A DNA stretch of 64,000 nucleotides from an archaeon (GCA_043806035.1 JAZDHK010000033.1:33003-97002), one strand, 5' to 3'. Positions 50,677 through 61,612 are shown, numbered from the stretch's first letter. Notes: generated by a model not told the origin, from the letters alone. Translations and numbers: made by a program.

Positions 50677-51717
50677 TTAATCGCCATTTATAAGCTTATT
50701 CCCTGCGTAGTGGTCGAATTCGTCGAGGAGTTTGATGCAATCGTCGATGTGCAAAAATGCTGATTTTATTCCTTTCTTTGCAATGTCATAAATCATTTTT
50801 TGAGTAAATCCAAGATGCTCGATGAGTTGCATGTATTCTTTCGTTACGGTGGTATCTGATATCGTCCTGTTGTCCGTGCAGATGGCAAGGCGCAATCCTC
50901 TGTTGTAGTACGTACGTACAGGATGCGTGTCGAGCGATGCCACCGCTCCGGTGTCGATGTTGCTGGTGATACACGTTTCGATTGGAATGCGTTGTGTGTT
51001 GATGAAGTCGAAGAGTTTTGTGCTTTCGCGCAAGGAGATGCCGTGGCCGATACGTCGTGCATTGAGGTAGATGATCGCTTGTGCGATGCTTGCAACATCA
51101 TCTGCTTCTCCGGCGTGTGTCGTTACGGGGAGAAAGTTTCTGAGGACGGGCATGATGATCTGCTCGAACAGTTCAGGTCTGTTGCCTTTTTCTGGTCCTG
51201 CAAGGTCAAATCCAATCGCTCCTCGTTCTTGGTAGTTGATGGCGAGCTCCACCGCACGCTTTGTCGCTTCGAGGTCGTTGCGGATGCCGCACACAATGAC
51301 GCCCGCGTACATGCCGAAATCTCTTTTTGCACGTGCAATGCCGTCGAGGGTTGCCTCCATTATTGCATACAATCGTAGGCTCTCTTTTTCATAATTGGTT
51401 GGCCCGAACCGTAATTCGAGAACGTTGACGTTCTCTGCATGTGCGTCTTGGCATATCTCGTATGCTGCTCTTGAGAATGCATCAGGTTTGACGAAGACGG
51501 ATTCGCATATCGCTATGCCTTCTAAGTATCTGACCAGGGATTTGTCTTGCTTGTTCTTGTACACGACGAGCTTGCGCAGTTCCTCCTCATTTTTTGCAGG
51601 AAGCGCAACCCCGTATTGGTCGGCAAGCTCGAGAAGACTGGTTATTCTTGTCGAGCCGGCGAGATGGCAGTGTAAGTCAGTCTTGGGCATGTCAATAAGC
51701 CATTGCGGCGTTTCCAT
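50677..51717 (-). CDS. add: adenosine deaminase
   Basis: DLHCHLAGS metal site, THAGE, CTDN. Confidence 0.88.
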   Translation of the reverse strand: METPQWLIDMPKTDLHCHLAGSTRITSLLELADQYGVALPAKNEEELRKLVVYKNKQDKSLVRYLEGIAICESVFVKPDAFSRAAYEICQDAHAENVNVLELRFGPTNYEKESLRLYAIMEATLDGIARAKRDFGMYAGVIVCGIRNDLEATKRAVELAINYQERGAIGFDLAGPEKGNRPELFEQIIMPVLRNFLPVTTHAGEADDVASIAQAIIYLNARRIGHGISLRESTKLFDFINTQRIPIETCITSNIDTGAVASLDTHPVRTYYNRGLRLAICTDNRTISDTTVTKEYMQLIEHLGFTQKMIYDIAKKGIKSAFLHIDDCIKLLDEFDHYAGNKLINGD

Positions 51718-51736
51718 AACTACTTAATAATGGTAA

Positions 51737-52477
51737 ATGATTTATAAATGTTGTGGAAAGCTTTTTAATGCGAGTGCTGTTCGTGCATGCATGGACAAAC
51801 AGGAACGCGTGCAGAAGCTCATCGCCCAATCCGGATGGTGCAGCCGACGCAAAGCAGAAGAATTCATTGCAGAAGGAAGAGTGACGGTCAACGGGCACGC
51901 TATCAAGCTCGGTGACAAAGCAACTCCGCAAGACAACATACTCGTTGACGGCAGAAAGGTCGTTCTTGAAAAGAAAGTGACTATCATGCTCAACAAGCCA
52001 AAGCACTACATCTCAGCCATGAGCGACCAGTTCTACAACAAGACACTTTCCAAACTGCTCCCTGTTGAAGAACGAATATTTCACATAGGCCGACTGGACA
52101 AGGACGCCCGAGGCATGCTTCTTCTCACGAACGATGGAGACCTCGCCAACAGGATCATGCATCCTCGCTATCAAATAACAAAAACGTACATTGCACAGCT
52201 CGATGGTGTCTTCACCAAGCAGCACAAGGAGATCCTGGAGAGGGGCATACGGCTCAAGGACGGCTTCGTGAAAGCAAGGATCCGCCAATTAGAGAAGAAC
52301 CTCATTGAACTTACGCTTGCAGAGGGCAAGCACAAGATTGTGAAACGGGCATTCCAATACTTTGGTTTTCGCGTCGTCGATTTGAAGCGCACGAAGATAG
52401 GCCAGCTCAGCATCGACGTCAAGGAAAGAGGCTACCGCACCCTAACCGGGCAGGACATCAAAAAGATATTCGCATGA
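51737..52477 (+). CDS. RsuA/RluB-family pseudouridine synthase with an S4 domain
   Basis: RVQKLIAQSGWCSRRKAEEFI (S4), IGRLDKDARGMLLLTNDG (catalytic Asp). The likely start is the internal ATG at 51791. Confidence 0.85.
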   Translation: MIYKCCGKLFNASAVRACMDKQERVQKLIAQSGWCSRRKAEEFIAEGRVTVNGHAIKLGDKATPQDNILVDGRKVVLEKKVTIMLNKPKHYISAMSDQFYNKTLSKLLPVEERIFHIGRLDKDARGMLLLTNDGDLANRIMHPRYQITKTYIAQLDGVFTKQHKEILERGIRLKDGFVKARIRQLEKNLIELTLAEGKHKIVKRAFQYFGFRVVDLKRTKIGQLSIDVKERGYRTLTGQDIKKIFA

Positions 52478-52547
52478 GTGCTGCTGTCTCTTTGCAGTGC
52501 TTTCAGCACTACATAATCCTTATATATGCCGCTGCATTTTCACCAGC

Positions 52548-53549
52548 ATGACACTCAAGCAACTCGTAACGGACGGCATAGCAACCATAGCGGCGTTGCC
52601 AGCAAACAATGCAATAACCATGCATGATCTGAACAAGTACATAGGCTACACCGTCCCCCTCATAGCACACGACTATGCGGCAAAAACACCGCAGCTCTGG
52701 AATGCGCTGTATGCAAGACTCAATCTGCCGTATAGGAATATCATGCTCGTTGCCAATCCAGAAAACATTCCCATCATCTTTGCTGCGTTCAGGAAAGACC
52801 CTAAGTATTTGGGTGGAGGTGCAGGTGTAGGATTTAAGGAGAAGGTCATCCCGTACCTTGACAAAGTCGTCCCCGAAGACCTTAAATCAGTCAACATCAT
52901 TGTGAAAGAACAAGGTCTGCTCGTCGGCTACAATACGGACGCAAAAGGACTCTATCTGAGCGTGGAGCAGGAACTCATGAAGCTGAACAAGAGCGTGAAC
53001 GGAAGTGCCGTAGTGCTCATCGGAGCTGGCGGCGTGGCAAAAGAGTTCGCGAAACATCTTGCTGAACATGGAGCGCGCAGGATAGCAATTATCAACAGGA
53101 CGGTGTGGAAGGCGACCACGCTCGCGCACGACCTTTCTACAACATTCGGCATTGAGAGCTATGCCGTTCCCGAAGACAGCATTCGTGGAGCGGTGCTCAA
53201 CACGATCGTGAAGCCAGATATCATCGTCAACACCTCTGACAAAGGCAGCGATGCTCTTCCTGAGACTGCAGCATTCGCTGCAGAAGGTCCCACGAACAAC
53301 ACGCAATCGCTTGAACTGTTGAGGAATTTGTACCTATTCAATCCCGATGTGGTGCTCATTGACATCGTTCTGCCGCAACGAAGATCAATAACGTTGCGCC
53401 TTGCGGAGAGTGCGAAGCTCGAACATCTCGTCGACGGCACGCCCATGGTTATCAATCAGGCAGCGCCTGCATTCAAGCTGGTCGCAGATGCCCATCCCGG
53501 GCATGGCGGAGGATTATCAGAAGCAGAGATTCTCGAATACATGACCTGA
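52548..53549 (+). CDS. shikimate/quinate dehydrogenase-family protein
   Basis: GYNTDAKG, VLIGAGGVAKE Rossmann motif. Start at MTLKQLV, with a TTATATAT box about 24 nt upstream. Confidence 0.65.
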   Translation: MTLKQLVTDGIATIAALPANNAITMHDLNKYIGYTVPLIAHDYAAKTPQLWNALYARLNLPYRNIMLVANPENIPIIFAAFRKDPKYLGGGAGVGFKEKVIPYLDKVVPEDLKSVNIIVKEQGLLVGYNTDAKGLYLSVEQELMKLNKSVNGSAVVLIGAGGVAKEFAKHLAEHGARRIAIINRTVWKATTLAHDLSTTFGIESYAVPEDSIRGAVLNTIVKPDIIVNTSDKGSDALPETAAFAAEGPTNNTQSLELLRNLYLFNPDVVLIDIVLPQRRSITLRLAESAKLEHLVDGTPMVINQAAPAFKLVADAHPGHGGGLSEAEILEYMT

Positions 53550-53550
53550 G

Positions 53551-55026
53551 TTATTTCTTTTTTGCATTCTCGAGCATGTTCTCGATGAAATGCTTGTTGA
53601 GCAGTTCCCTCTCGCGAGCAGGGATATCTGGATTCTTGGGTTTTTTCCTGGACGATTTCTCCGGCTCTTTTTTCGGTTTTGCATGCGGGTGATAGCTGCT
53701 AATGCTCTGGAACGTCATGCCGTTCGGCCTGATGAACAATGTCTCTCGTTGGAGATGCTTGCCAAAATTCACCTCGATGAGTCGCATCTCCTTTAAGGTA
53801 GGGAGGAGGAAGAGCGCTGCGCCGAATCTCGCTATGCCCGAAATGACGAAGACGGTCTTGATGGTGAGCAGTCCGGTGAGCAGACCGCCGAGCATGGCCC
53901 CCGCAAAGATGCCTATGCCGTTGAGCAGGTTAAGGTAGGCAACGTATCTCGTTCGCCGTTCTGGGTCTGTAGCGTCAAAGATGAAGTTTCCCGCAGCGAG
54001 GTTGAACCCACCCCAGGCAGCTCCTGACAGTGCGTGCACGGCAATGAGCCACCAGAAATTGGGAGCGAGGATGAACACGATGGGAATGAGCGGCACGAGG
54101 AATCCCGTGATGACGAGCAAGCGCTTGCTGCCCTGCTCGTCGTTAAGTTTTCCCCATAACGTCAGGAAAATGAGATTGGCGAACAGATCGATGCCGTTGA
54201 GGATGGTGAATTGCCAATAGCTGACATGCAGGTGCTTGAGTAGGTAGACGGCAAAGAACGGGCTGCTGATTGCTGTCGCTATCTTGAGGAAAAAGATGAA
54301 CAGGACGAACCTGCCGTAGTTGTTCTTGGGAAGGTTGTGCAAGAACGTGAAGAGCCCAGCAACGTGTATTGCTTTTTTCTTCTCAGGAATGCGTTCCTGC
54401 ATATTCATGAGAAAGACGGCAGAGCTAATGCGCGCGATAATGGCTATGCCGAAGAGAATGGTGAATCCGATAAGTGCGTTCGTCGTCGAGAATTTGTTGA
54501 GAATGAATCCTGCGATGAATGCCGAAAGGAAACTCACCAGTCCAGTGATTTGGTTTCTTTTGCTGAAATACTTCCCGCGCTCATGCTCCTCTACTAAGTC
54601 GCCCATCATGCTTCTCCATAAGGGATTGATGAACACGCCCGCAGATGCAACCAAGGTCATGAAGATGAGCAAGAACATGCCGCCATACCCTTCTTTAGCA
54701 AAATAGGGTATGAGAAGAATGGGCAGCCAGAGTATTGCCTGCATGAGTGCGGAGATGACGATGACGGTCTTTCGTGACTTGACGAGCTCGCTCGCCTTGA
54801 TGGCACCGAGCTGGAAGAAACTACCGAAGAGATCAGGAACGCTGGCGAGCAGGGAGATGATGAGGTTGCTTGATTTGAGGAAGAGTGCGAAGGGAATGAT
54901 GAATATGCTCGTGAATCCATCCATCATTGCAAAGCATGAGCCGTCAAGAATGGAGTAGCGTAAGCTTTTCTTTCGTTTCTGCTCCTCTTGTGCAGGGTCT
55001 GGAGACATGTGTGTTGCCTCTTGCAT
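53551..55026 (-). CDS. MFS-type transporter
   Basis: About 12 predicted TM helices, and a basic C-terminal tail. Confidence 0.75.
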   Translation of the reverse strand: MQEATHMSPDPAQEEQKRKKSLRYSILDGSCFAMMDGFTSIFIIPFALFLKSSNLIISLLASVPDLFGSFFQLGAIKASELVKSRKTVIVISALMQAILWLPILLIPYFAKEGYGGMFLLIFMTLVASAGVFINPLWRSMMGDLVEEHERGKYFSKRNQITGLVSFLSAFIAGFILNKFSTTNALIGFTILFGIAIIARISSAVFLMNMQERIPEKKKAIHVAGLFTFLHNLPKNNYGRFVLFIFFLKIATAISSPFFAVYLLKHLHVSYWQFTILNGIDLFANLIFLTLWGKLNDEQGSKRLLVITGFLVPLIPIVFILAPNFWWLIAVHALSGAAWGGFNLAAGNFIFDATDPERRTRYVAYLNLLNGIGIFAGAMLGGLLTGLLTIKTVFVISGIARFGAALFLLPTLKEMRLIEVNFGKHLQRETLFIRPNGMTFQSISSYHPHAKPKKEPEKSSRKKPKNPDIPARERELLNKHFIENMLENAKKK

Positions 55027-55035
55027 GAAGGATAT

Positions 55036-56190
55036 TTAAGCTTTTGCAGCTTTCCTCACTGCTTCAGCAACTGCCTTCGTGACGTTCTTGTCGAGAATGT
55101 TTGGAAGGATCTCTTCAGCAGTCGGCTGCCGGATACAGCTTGCAAGTGCGTGTGCTGCTGCCAACTTCATCTCATGGGTAATGCGGGATGCTCGTGCGTC
55201 CAGCGCTCCTCTGAAAATACCTGGGAATGCAAGCACATTATTCACTTGGTTGGGGAAGTCGCTCCTTCCCGTTGCGACGATTGCAGCTCCTGCTTTTTTT
55301 GCCAGGTCAGGCATGATTTCAGGAACGGGATTTGCCATGGCGAAGATGATGCAGTCATTTGCCATGCTCTTTACCATGTCCTCGTGCAGTGTGCCGGCGA
55401 CGCTCACCCCGATGAAGACATCTCGTTCCTTGACTGCGTCAGCCAGCGTCCCTTGCAGCCCGTGCTTGTTTGTCATGTTCGCAAGCAGTTCCTTTTCCTC
55501 GTTCAAGTCTGTCCTTTCTGCGCTGATGATACCTTTGCTGTCGCAAACAATGATGTCGCTAACGTTTTGGGACAGCAAGAATTTTGTGATTGCCGTTCCC
55601 GCAGCACCTGCGCCACTGATGACTACTTTGCATGCATCGAGCTTTCGTTCTGTTACTTTGCATGCATTGAGCAATCCTGCCAAAACGACGACTGCCGTGC
55701 CGTGCTGGTCGTCATGCATGACGGGGATGCCTATATCCTGCAGTTGTTCCTCGACAGCAAAACAGCGTGGTGCAGAAATGTCCTCGAGATTTATCCCTCC
55801 GAAAACAGGCGCGATGTTCTGCACAACCAGGATAATATCTTCTGTTTTTTGCGAAGCGATGCAAATAGGGAATGCGTCGATACCTGCGAATTCCTTGAAG
55901 AGCGCGGCCTTGCCCTCCATGACGGGAATGGCCGCTTCAGCACCAATATTCCCCAGACCCAAGACAGAGGAACCATCGCTTACGACGGCGACCGTGTTGC
56001 CCTTAATAGTATACGTGTAGACATCGTTTCTGTTTTTGGCTATTTGCCTGCACGGTTCTGCAACACCCGGGGTGTAGGCGAGACTGAGGTCATCCCTGTT
56101 TTGTAAAGGGACCTTGTTTTTTATCTCGAGTTTTCCTCTGTATGCTTTGTGTAGCGCTAATGCTTCTTCGTAGACGTCCATGCGGTTCAC
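55036..56190 (-). CDS. NAD(P)-dependent malic enzyme (short MaeB-type)
   Basis: LSLAYTPGVAEPC, VVSDGSSVLGLGNIG, ISGAGAAG. Confidence 0.9.
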   Translation of the reverse strand: MNRMDVYEEALALHKAYRGKLEIKNKVPLQNRDDLSLAYTPGVAEPCRQIAKNRNDVYTYTIKGNTVAVVSDGSSVLGLGNIGAEAAIPVMEGKAALFKEFAGIDAFPICIASQKTEDIILVVQNIAPVFGGINLEDISAPRCFAVEEQLQDIGIPVMHDDQHGTAVVVLAGLLNACKVTERKLDACKVVISGAGAAGTAITKFLLSQNVSDIIVCDSKGIISAERTDLNEEKELLANMTNKHGLQGTLADAVKERDVFIGVSVAGTLHEDMVKSMANDCIIFAMANPVPEIMPDLAKKAGAAIVATGRSDFPNQVNNVLAFPGIFRGALDARASRITHEMKLAAAHALASCIRQPTAEEILPNILDKNVTKAVAEAVRKAAKA

Positions 56191-56438
56191 CTGAAGTATC
56201 GTTCTCTCGTGAGTTCTGCTGCGTGCAACAATGCGTGCGTGTACAGATTGGCGCTCTGTGCCTCATCTAATACCGTGATGCCGTCTTGCATGCACCGTTC
56301 TTTGAAAGCAACCTCGAATGCATGCCTGAGTTCGCTACAGAACTTGTGAGCGTCAGTAAAGTTGAATTGGTAGAGGCTGCTAGCAGCATCGAGTTCTTGC
56401 AACCACGCAGATTCTCTGTTGTATAGCCTGTCCATCAT
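56187..56438 (-). CDS. hypothetical protein (83 aa), translationally coupled to malic enzyme
   Basis: ORF. ATGA overlap with the downstream start. Confidence 0.45.
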   Translation of the reverse strand: MMDRLYNRESAWLQELDAASSLYQFNFTDAHKFCSELRHAFEVAFKERCMQDGITVLDEAQSANLYTHALLHAAELTRERYFR

Positions 56439-56531
56439 GGTGCTGCACTGTAGAGTGTATTTATATGCTTTTTCAGACGCAGGGCAATGTTTAAATATGC
56501 TGACGCAGTTTCTACGTATGGGAGGGAAATC

Positions 56532-56960
56532 ATGAGCTTAACAGAACTGATGCAAACGATTGAGCCGACGATGACAGCGACGGGATATGGGCTTGCTGTA
56601 GGTGCGAGCGCGTATGTCGTGGGCAGTGCAGCATGGAGCTTGCGCAGAGGGACTACCTTCTTGCAGCAGCTGAAGACACCTTACACGATATTGGTGGGCG
56701 CGTTGGTCGGAGGGATAACTGCGTTCATTGCGTATGCGGGACTTTCTCCAGACAACATATCTGCGCTTGACCAAGTAGTCCAGTTTGTGGGTGCAGCGGG
56801 CATAGGTGCCGGTCTGGGATCCATAGTCAGACCCATAGGTCATGCCATGCGTACGCATGACGGCTTGTTTGATGACATCAAGAACCAAGCATACAATGGT
56901 GCGGTTCGTGGCGCAGTCATAGCACCCATAACATATGCGGGAATGAAGTTGCTCACTTAA
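56532..56960 (+). CDS. Gly/Ala-rich membrane protein, hypothetical
   Basis: ORF. TTTAAATA box at 56490-56497 and GGGAGGG before ATG 56532. Glycine-zipper helices. Confidence 0.5.
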   Translation: MSLTELMQTIEPTMTATGYGLAVGASAYVVGSAAWSLRRGTTFLQQLKTPYTILVGALVGGITAFIAYAGLSPDNISALDQVVQFVGAAGIGAGLGSIVRPIGHAMRTHDGLFDDIKNQAYNGAVRGAVIAPITYAGMKLLT

Positions 56961-58372
56961 TCGTCCAACTGTTCCCAACGTTGTGGGAGCTCAGCGAGCT
57001 TTTTCTTCCTCAAGAAGGTCATGTTTGGTTTTTTTCCTGCAGCAAGCAGTTCTTGCTGCAATTGTAGGACGGTGCTGAGACTGAACAGCAGTGATGTTCT
57101 GATATGCTGTAAGTCAGGCTTGTACTCAGGCAGATAGATGCCTCTGTTTGCAAGAATGCCGTTGAGTTCTGCCTTGTTCCTGAACTTGTACTCGTGCGTG
57201 GAATTGAGGCTGTGCTGCAGGAAAAACCTGATATTCTTGACGATGAATTCATAAAGGTTTGGCTTGCCGATGATTTTCTCAGGTGACGTGTATGCCCAGT
57301 TGAGACTGCCCGCAACCGTCTTGAGCTTCACGTACGCGTGGGATATGCCTCGTTCGATGACCTCTTCCCTGTCGATGATGGGAAAGTCGAACTCGCCATG
57401 AAGGACGAGCGTGTGTTCGAGGAATTCTCGCGAGTCGTGCAGGAAACGGATGTGTCGCTGCAAGTATTCATCTGAGGAGGGGAAGAGGTGGATGCCGACA
57501 TGCTTTGCGAGCGAGCTGTGCTCTGCGCCCTCGACTACTTTTTCTTCGAGAACGCTTGGCTTGGTTAAGCGCAATACATTGTGTGCTTTGCGCAGGTCCT
57601 TGACTCGCACCCAGTTGTCGTAGTCGCTGAACTGTGCAGGATCATCTGTCCTGCTTGCTGATCCGTACAGGAGTATGCCTACGAGATTGTCTCCTAACTT
57701 TTCCCTGAGCCACTGCACGTAGGGAAAGCGATGCTGCAATTCATGCTCGCTCACTTCTACAGTCCTTTTCCTGATTTCGAATTTTCTCTTGCCCGAGGGA
57801 ATCTCGAGCAAGTATTCCATGAACTGATACTTCATTTGTGACAATGCTTCGTCCCAATGCTGTTCGTTGCGCAGGTCGCCAAACAAGAAAGGATATGGTC
57901 GTTCTTTCAGGTGATCGTAGATCTGACCGATCATGTAGAGTCTGTTGAGGACGTGTGCCTTGTTCACGACCGTTCCTAGTTCTCGCCTGCCGTGGATGAT
58001 TGCACTATCCAGTGTTGCTCCCTTTGCTTCTATTTCCGTTTGCAATTGCAGCAGTACTCGTTCTGATTCGGGAATCCAGTTTTGATCCAGTCCAAAGTAC
58101 TCCTGCATGAACTTGTTAGGCATCTTTTGCGTTATTCTTCTGAATGTTGTGGGAATATAGTCACGAAATCCCTTGATGACATCGATGGACCACGGATTAG
58201 TGAGTGTGTTCTCATCGCTGCTTTGCAGGATGTGTTGTATGTCGTCTGGAGTGGGAATGCCCTCCACTACGACAGGATGTACGAACTGGTAGGTCTCTTC
58301 ATATGGCAGGCCGGGCACCTGGTAGTTCGGGCCTATGTCCTCATAGAGTATCTTGGCCATGCTTGTCAGCAA
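56957..58372 (-). CDS. Pol-beta-type nucleotidyltransferase domain protein, 471 aa
   Basis: Central motif LLYGSASRTDDPAQFSDYDNWV (G-S-x(n)-D-x-D). The flanking domains are unassigned. Confidence 0.6.
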   Translation of the reverse strand: MLTSMAKILYEDIGPNYQVPGLPYEETYQFVHPVVVEGIPTPDDIQHILQSSDENTLTNPWSIDVIKGFRDYIPTTFRRITQKMPNKFMQEYFGLDQNWIPESERVLLQLQTEIEAKGATLDSAIIHGRRELGTVVNKAHVLNRLYMIGQIYDHLKERPYPFLFGDLRNEQHWDEALSQMKYQFMEYLLEIPSGKRKFEIRKRTVEVSEHELQHRFPYVQWLREKLGDNLVGILLYGSASRTDDPAQFSDYDNWVRVKDLRKAHNVLRLTKPSVLEEKVVEGAEHSSLAKHVGIHLFPSSDEYLQRHIRFLHDSREFLEHTLVLHGEFDFPIIDREEVIERGISHAYVKLKTVAGSLNWAYTSPEKIIGKPNLYEFIVKNIRFFLQHSLNSTHEYKFRNKAELNGILANRGIYLPEYKPDLQHIRTSLLFSLSTVLQLQQELLAAGKKPNMTFLRKKKLAELPQRWEQLDD

Positions 58373-59297
58373 TGGAGCATTCTTTATAAATTTTGGGCAC
58401 AGTATTCTCTTGGGGAAGCAGGACGTGATTCCACTCTGTCTTTCTTACGAGAATCATGCGTTGGCCGTTCATCACTTCTTGACCTAGGATGTAGTATCTG
58501 AAGCCCTCTTCAATGTTTTCTTGTATTGCCTGCCATGCCCTCGTATCTGCGGGGTAGAATGCCCGGTTAGGCGCTATTTCCTCTGTGTTGAGGGGAACGC
58601 CGTGCAGACGTTCTTTCAGCAGCTGCTCGTCGACGATGCTCTGATAGATGAATGTGTGCTCAGCGGTGTGGAGGAGAAACTGTGCATTGACCAACTGCAG
58701 CGGGGCTATCTTTGCGTGCAAACGCACAGCGGTGTTTGTGTATTGTGTGATGCCCGTTATGTGCTTCGCTTTGTAGGTGAGCAGACCCAGAAGTTTCGTC
58801 GGGAAGCCCATGCCCGGAATGACTGATGCCAGCGTGTGTGCAACCATGCTCCCTTTCTCGGCATAGTGTGGTGTGGGCAGGGCGCAGAACGTGCTGATAG
58901 GCACTAATCCTGTGTAGTTGTGTGGCAAGGAGAACTTCTCCAGAACTACTGATGGAAGCTGTTCTGCAGGATACGCAACACCGACAAATGCGCTCGGCAG
59001 CAGTCCACAGTCGAGCATCACCCAACGAGGCATGGCCAAGTGCTTATCTCCATAGGCAATGCCGTCCAGCTGGTGGAGCAGGTTGAGGAACGGTTGCTGT
59101 TTCTTGTCCAGAACATCGATGACGTGCAAAGGAGTGCCGAACGGAGAAAGATCATATGCGGCCATGTTTGCCGTATTGCCCGCTATGTACGAAATGCCCG
59201 AGAGGAGGTGCTCGAGCGGAGTCATGGTCTTTGCAGTTTGCTGTGTTGTTGTCATAGCAGACGAGATGTGCGATTGTCTTTTAAGCCTATCGTCCAT
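58341..59297 (-). CDS. hypothetical protein, 318 aa
   Basis: ORF with a 32-nt overlap onto the downstream NTase gene. No firm family assignment. Confidence 0.55.
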   Translation of the reverse strand: MDDRLKRQSHISSAMTTTQQTAKTMTPLEHLLSGISYIAGNTANMAAYDLSPFGTPLHVIDVLDKKQQPFLNLLHQLDGIAYGDKHLAMPRWVMLDCGLLPSAFVGVAYPAEQLPSVVLEKFSLPHNYTGLVPISTFCALPTPHYAEKGSMVAHTLASVIPGMGFPTKLLGLLTYKAKHITGITQYTNTAVRLHAKIAPLQLVNAQFLLHTAEHTFIYQSIVDEQLLKERLHGVPLNTEEIAPNRAFYPADTRAWQAIQENIEEGFRYYILGQEVMNGQRMILVRKTEWNHVLLPQENTVPKIYKECSIADKHGQDTL

Positions 59298-59359
59298 AAA
59301 TGAACATTTTTAACAATAATGTTCAAAACAGAACATTTATAGATGGGTAGTGCCTTTTA

Positions 59360-59992
59360 GTGCACATGTCCATTGCGCGCACAGTCAAGCACTACGTCAT
59401 CGAACATGCGTTCGTACATAAGGCACTCAGACAGCACCTGCTCAACTATTCATCGCTAGCGCGAAAGATTATCAAGGACTGCTCGCTTTCTCCTAAGGAT
59501 TTTGGTGCAATAGTCGTTGCGCTGCGCAGGATACAGGACAAACATCCAGACATGACGACACGCAAGATAGCACGCATCCTGCAGGAATCACATCTCGAGA
59601 TACGGACAGGCATAGTTGTTTTCATCATTGAGAAAGAATATCTGGGAAAGAAGGTGACAGAATTGCATGCAAGGGTCAAAGATGCCAAGGGAAGTATACA
59701 CGTGATTGAAGGCGTCGATGTCATGACCATCATTACAACCACTGATTGCGAACGTCTTGTTACGCACTATTTTCGCAGCGAGATTATCAGCAAGCAGGGA
59801 CATCTCGTCGAGCTCATCCTGCGCAGCCCACAATTCCTTGAGAACACGCCGGGCGTGACATCGTATTTGTGTGGACTTCTCGCCGAGCGCGACGTGAATA
59901 TTGTCGAGATGATGAGCTGCTGGACGGACACCATCTTCATCATAGCAGAGAACGATTTAGAAAAGGCAGTTGCTGCATTCTCAGTGTCGTAA
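59360..59992 (+). CDS. HTH + ACT domain protein
   Basis: C-terminal ACT-like PGVTSYLCGLLAERDVNIVEMMS. The start may be ATG 59366. Confidence 0.6.
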   Translation: MHMSIARTVKHYVIEHAFVHKALRQHLLNYSSLARKIIKDCSLSPKDFGAIVVALRRIQDKHPDMTTRKIARILQESHLEIRTGIVVFIIEKEYLGKKVTELHARVKDAKGSIHVIEGVDVMTIITTTDCERLVTHYFRSEIISKQGHLVELILRSPQFLENTPGVTSYLCGLLAERDVNIVEMMSCWTDTIFIIAENDLEKAVAAFSVS

Positions 59993-61489
59993 GGAATAAT
60001 TGGGGGGTTCTCGTGTTATCCTGATCTCATGCGGGTGTGCTTCTTTCTGACCAGCATCAGTGACTCTTCTGAAGTCTGCCTTGAGCTGCAGTTCCTCTAC
60101 CGATGCTGCGCCCACGTAGCCCATGCTTCTCCTAAAACTCCCTACATACTGTGCAATGACCTCTGCCAGCTCTCCTTTGTAGGGAACGAGTCCTTCTACT
60201 CCTTCTGCGATGAGCTGTTCCTTGCCTGATTGGTTGTAGCGCTGCCTCGATCCTGCATGCTCTTCCATGGCGCCGATGGAGCCCATGCCTCGGTAGACTT
60301 TCCATTGCCTGCCTTCGACAAATTCGATCCTGCCGGGTGCTTCTTTTGTTCCTGCAAGCATGCCTCCCATCATGACAGAAGCAGCTCCTGCGCCTATGGC
60401 TTTTGCAATATCTCCTGGATACTTTAAACCACCATCTGCACAGAGCGGTATGCCATACTCTTTTGCGATAGTACTGCACTCATAGATTGCCGTCACTTGC
60501 GGCGTCCCAATGCCTGCAATGACTCTCGTCGTGCATATACCCCCTGGCCCTTGTCCTATCTTGATGCCATCAACGCCTAACGCGCACAATCGTCGAGCAC
60601 TGTCCGGCTCTGAAATGTTGCCTATGACGATATCGATGCCCAGTCGCATGTCTTTGAGCTTTTTGAATGTTTCATGGACGGGCAGGGAATCAGCATGTGC
60701 AGTGTCAATGACAAGCACATCTGCCTTCTTCACCAACTGTTCTGCACGAGAGAACGCATCGTCATACACGCCGATAGCTGCAGCAACCCTGAGCTTGCCG
60801 TGCGCATCGACATTGTATGCATAGATTCCAGCAGCAGGGTGCATGATGCGCTTGACGTCGCTCAGCACGTACATGCCTGCAAGCAGTCCTTTGTCGTCGA
60901 TAAGGGGAAGCACTTTTTTCTTGGCAGAGAACATCAGCGCGTATGCCTGCTCGATGGTTGTGTCTGGAGACGAGGTAATGAGTTGTGTCGTCATGAGCTG
61001 CCGTGCCTGTTGTGTCGTGTCCGTGCAGAAGTCGAAATCGTTGTCCGTCAGGATGCCAACGAGCATTCCTGTGCTGTTGAGCACGGGAAAACTACTGAAC
61101 GTCCACCTTTTTTCTTGCTTCTTTGCTAGGATGGAGGCAATGGTGTCTGTTTCTCTGAAAGAGATGGGCTTTTCGATGAGTCCGTTGAGGTGGAACTTGA
61201 CTTTGGCGACTGCCGCAGCCTGTGCTTCAGGAGAAAGATTCTTGTGTATGACGCCTATGCCGCCGAGCTTGGCAAGTTCTATAGCCATGTCCGCTTCTGT
61301 TACGGTGTCCATCGCTGCGCTCACAATGGGAATGTTCAGGTTGACATTGCGAGAAAATCGTGTTGCCGTGCTTACTGCATCAGGCATGACTTTGCTGTAT
61401 TGAGTCTTGAGCTCTACATCGTCATATGTGACGGCAAGACCAATGCGTGAGAGCGTTTCAAAAAAAGCATCTTTGGGCAGGTTGTTCAT
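59981..61489 (-). CDS. guaB: IMP dehydrogenase (with CBS pair)
   Basis: [11 protein letters not shown] catalytic loop, [16 protein letters not shown]. Confidence 0.93.
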   Translation of the reverse strand: MNNLPKDAFFETLSRIGLAVTYDDVELKTQYSKVMPDAVSTATRFSRNVNLNIPIVSAAMDTVTEADMAIELAKLGGIGVIHKNLSPEAQAAAVAKVKFHLNGLIEKPISFRETDTIASILAKKQEKRWTFSSFPVLNSTGMLVGILTDNDFDFCTDTTQQARQLMTTQLITSSPDTTIEQAYALMFSAKKKVLPLIDDKGLLAGMYVLSDVKRIMHPAAGIYAYNVDAHGKLRVAAAIGVYDDAFSRAEQLVKKADVLVIDTAHADSLPVHETFKKLKDMRLGIDIVIGNISEPDSARRLCALGVDGIKIGQGPGGICTTRVIAGIGTPQVTAIYECSTIAKEYGIPLCADGGLKYPGDIAKAIGAGAASVMMGGMLAGTKEAPGRIEFVEGRQWKVYRGMGSIGAMEEHAGSRQRYNQSGKEQLIAEGVEGLVPYKGELAEVIAQYVGSFRRSMGYVGAASVEELQLKADFRRVTDAGQKEAHPHEIRITREPPNYSLRH

Positions 61490-61612
61490 CAGTAGCTGAA
61501 CCTAACGTTCACGTAGAGGAGAAAGCCACACCTTGTTTAATAATTTTTCTAAACAAGACAGTGCGTTTTCTGTTCCAGTAAATTATTTAATGACGGCTAC
61601 CTCTGTGCTGTT

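Noticed and set aside
54988-56106. 372-aa and 313-aa plus-strand ORFs
   Set aside because: They are antisense to the well-supported malic enzyme gene, and the translations are Cys/Ser-rich and not protein-like.
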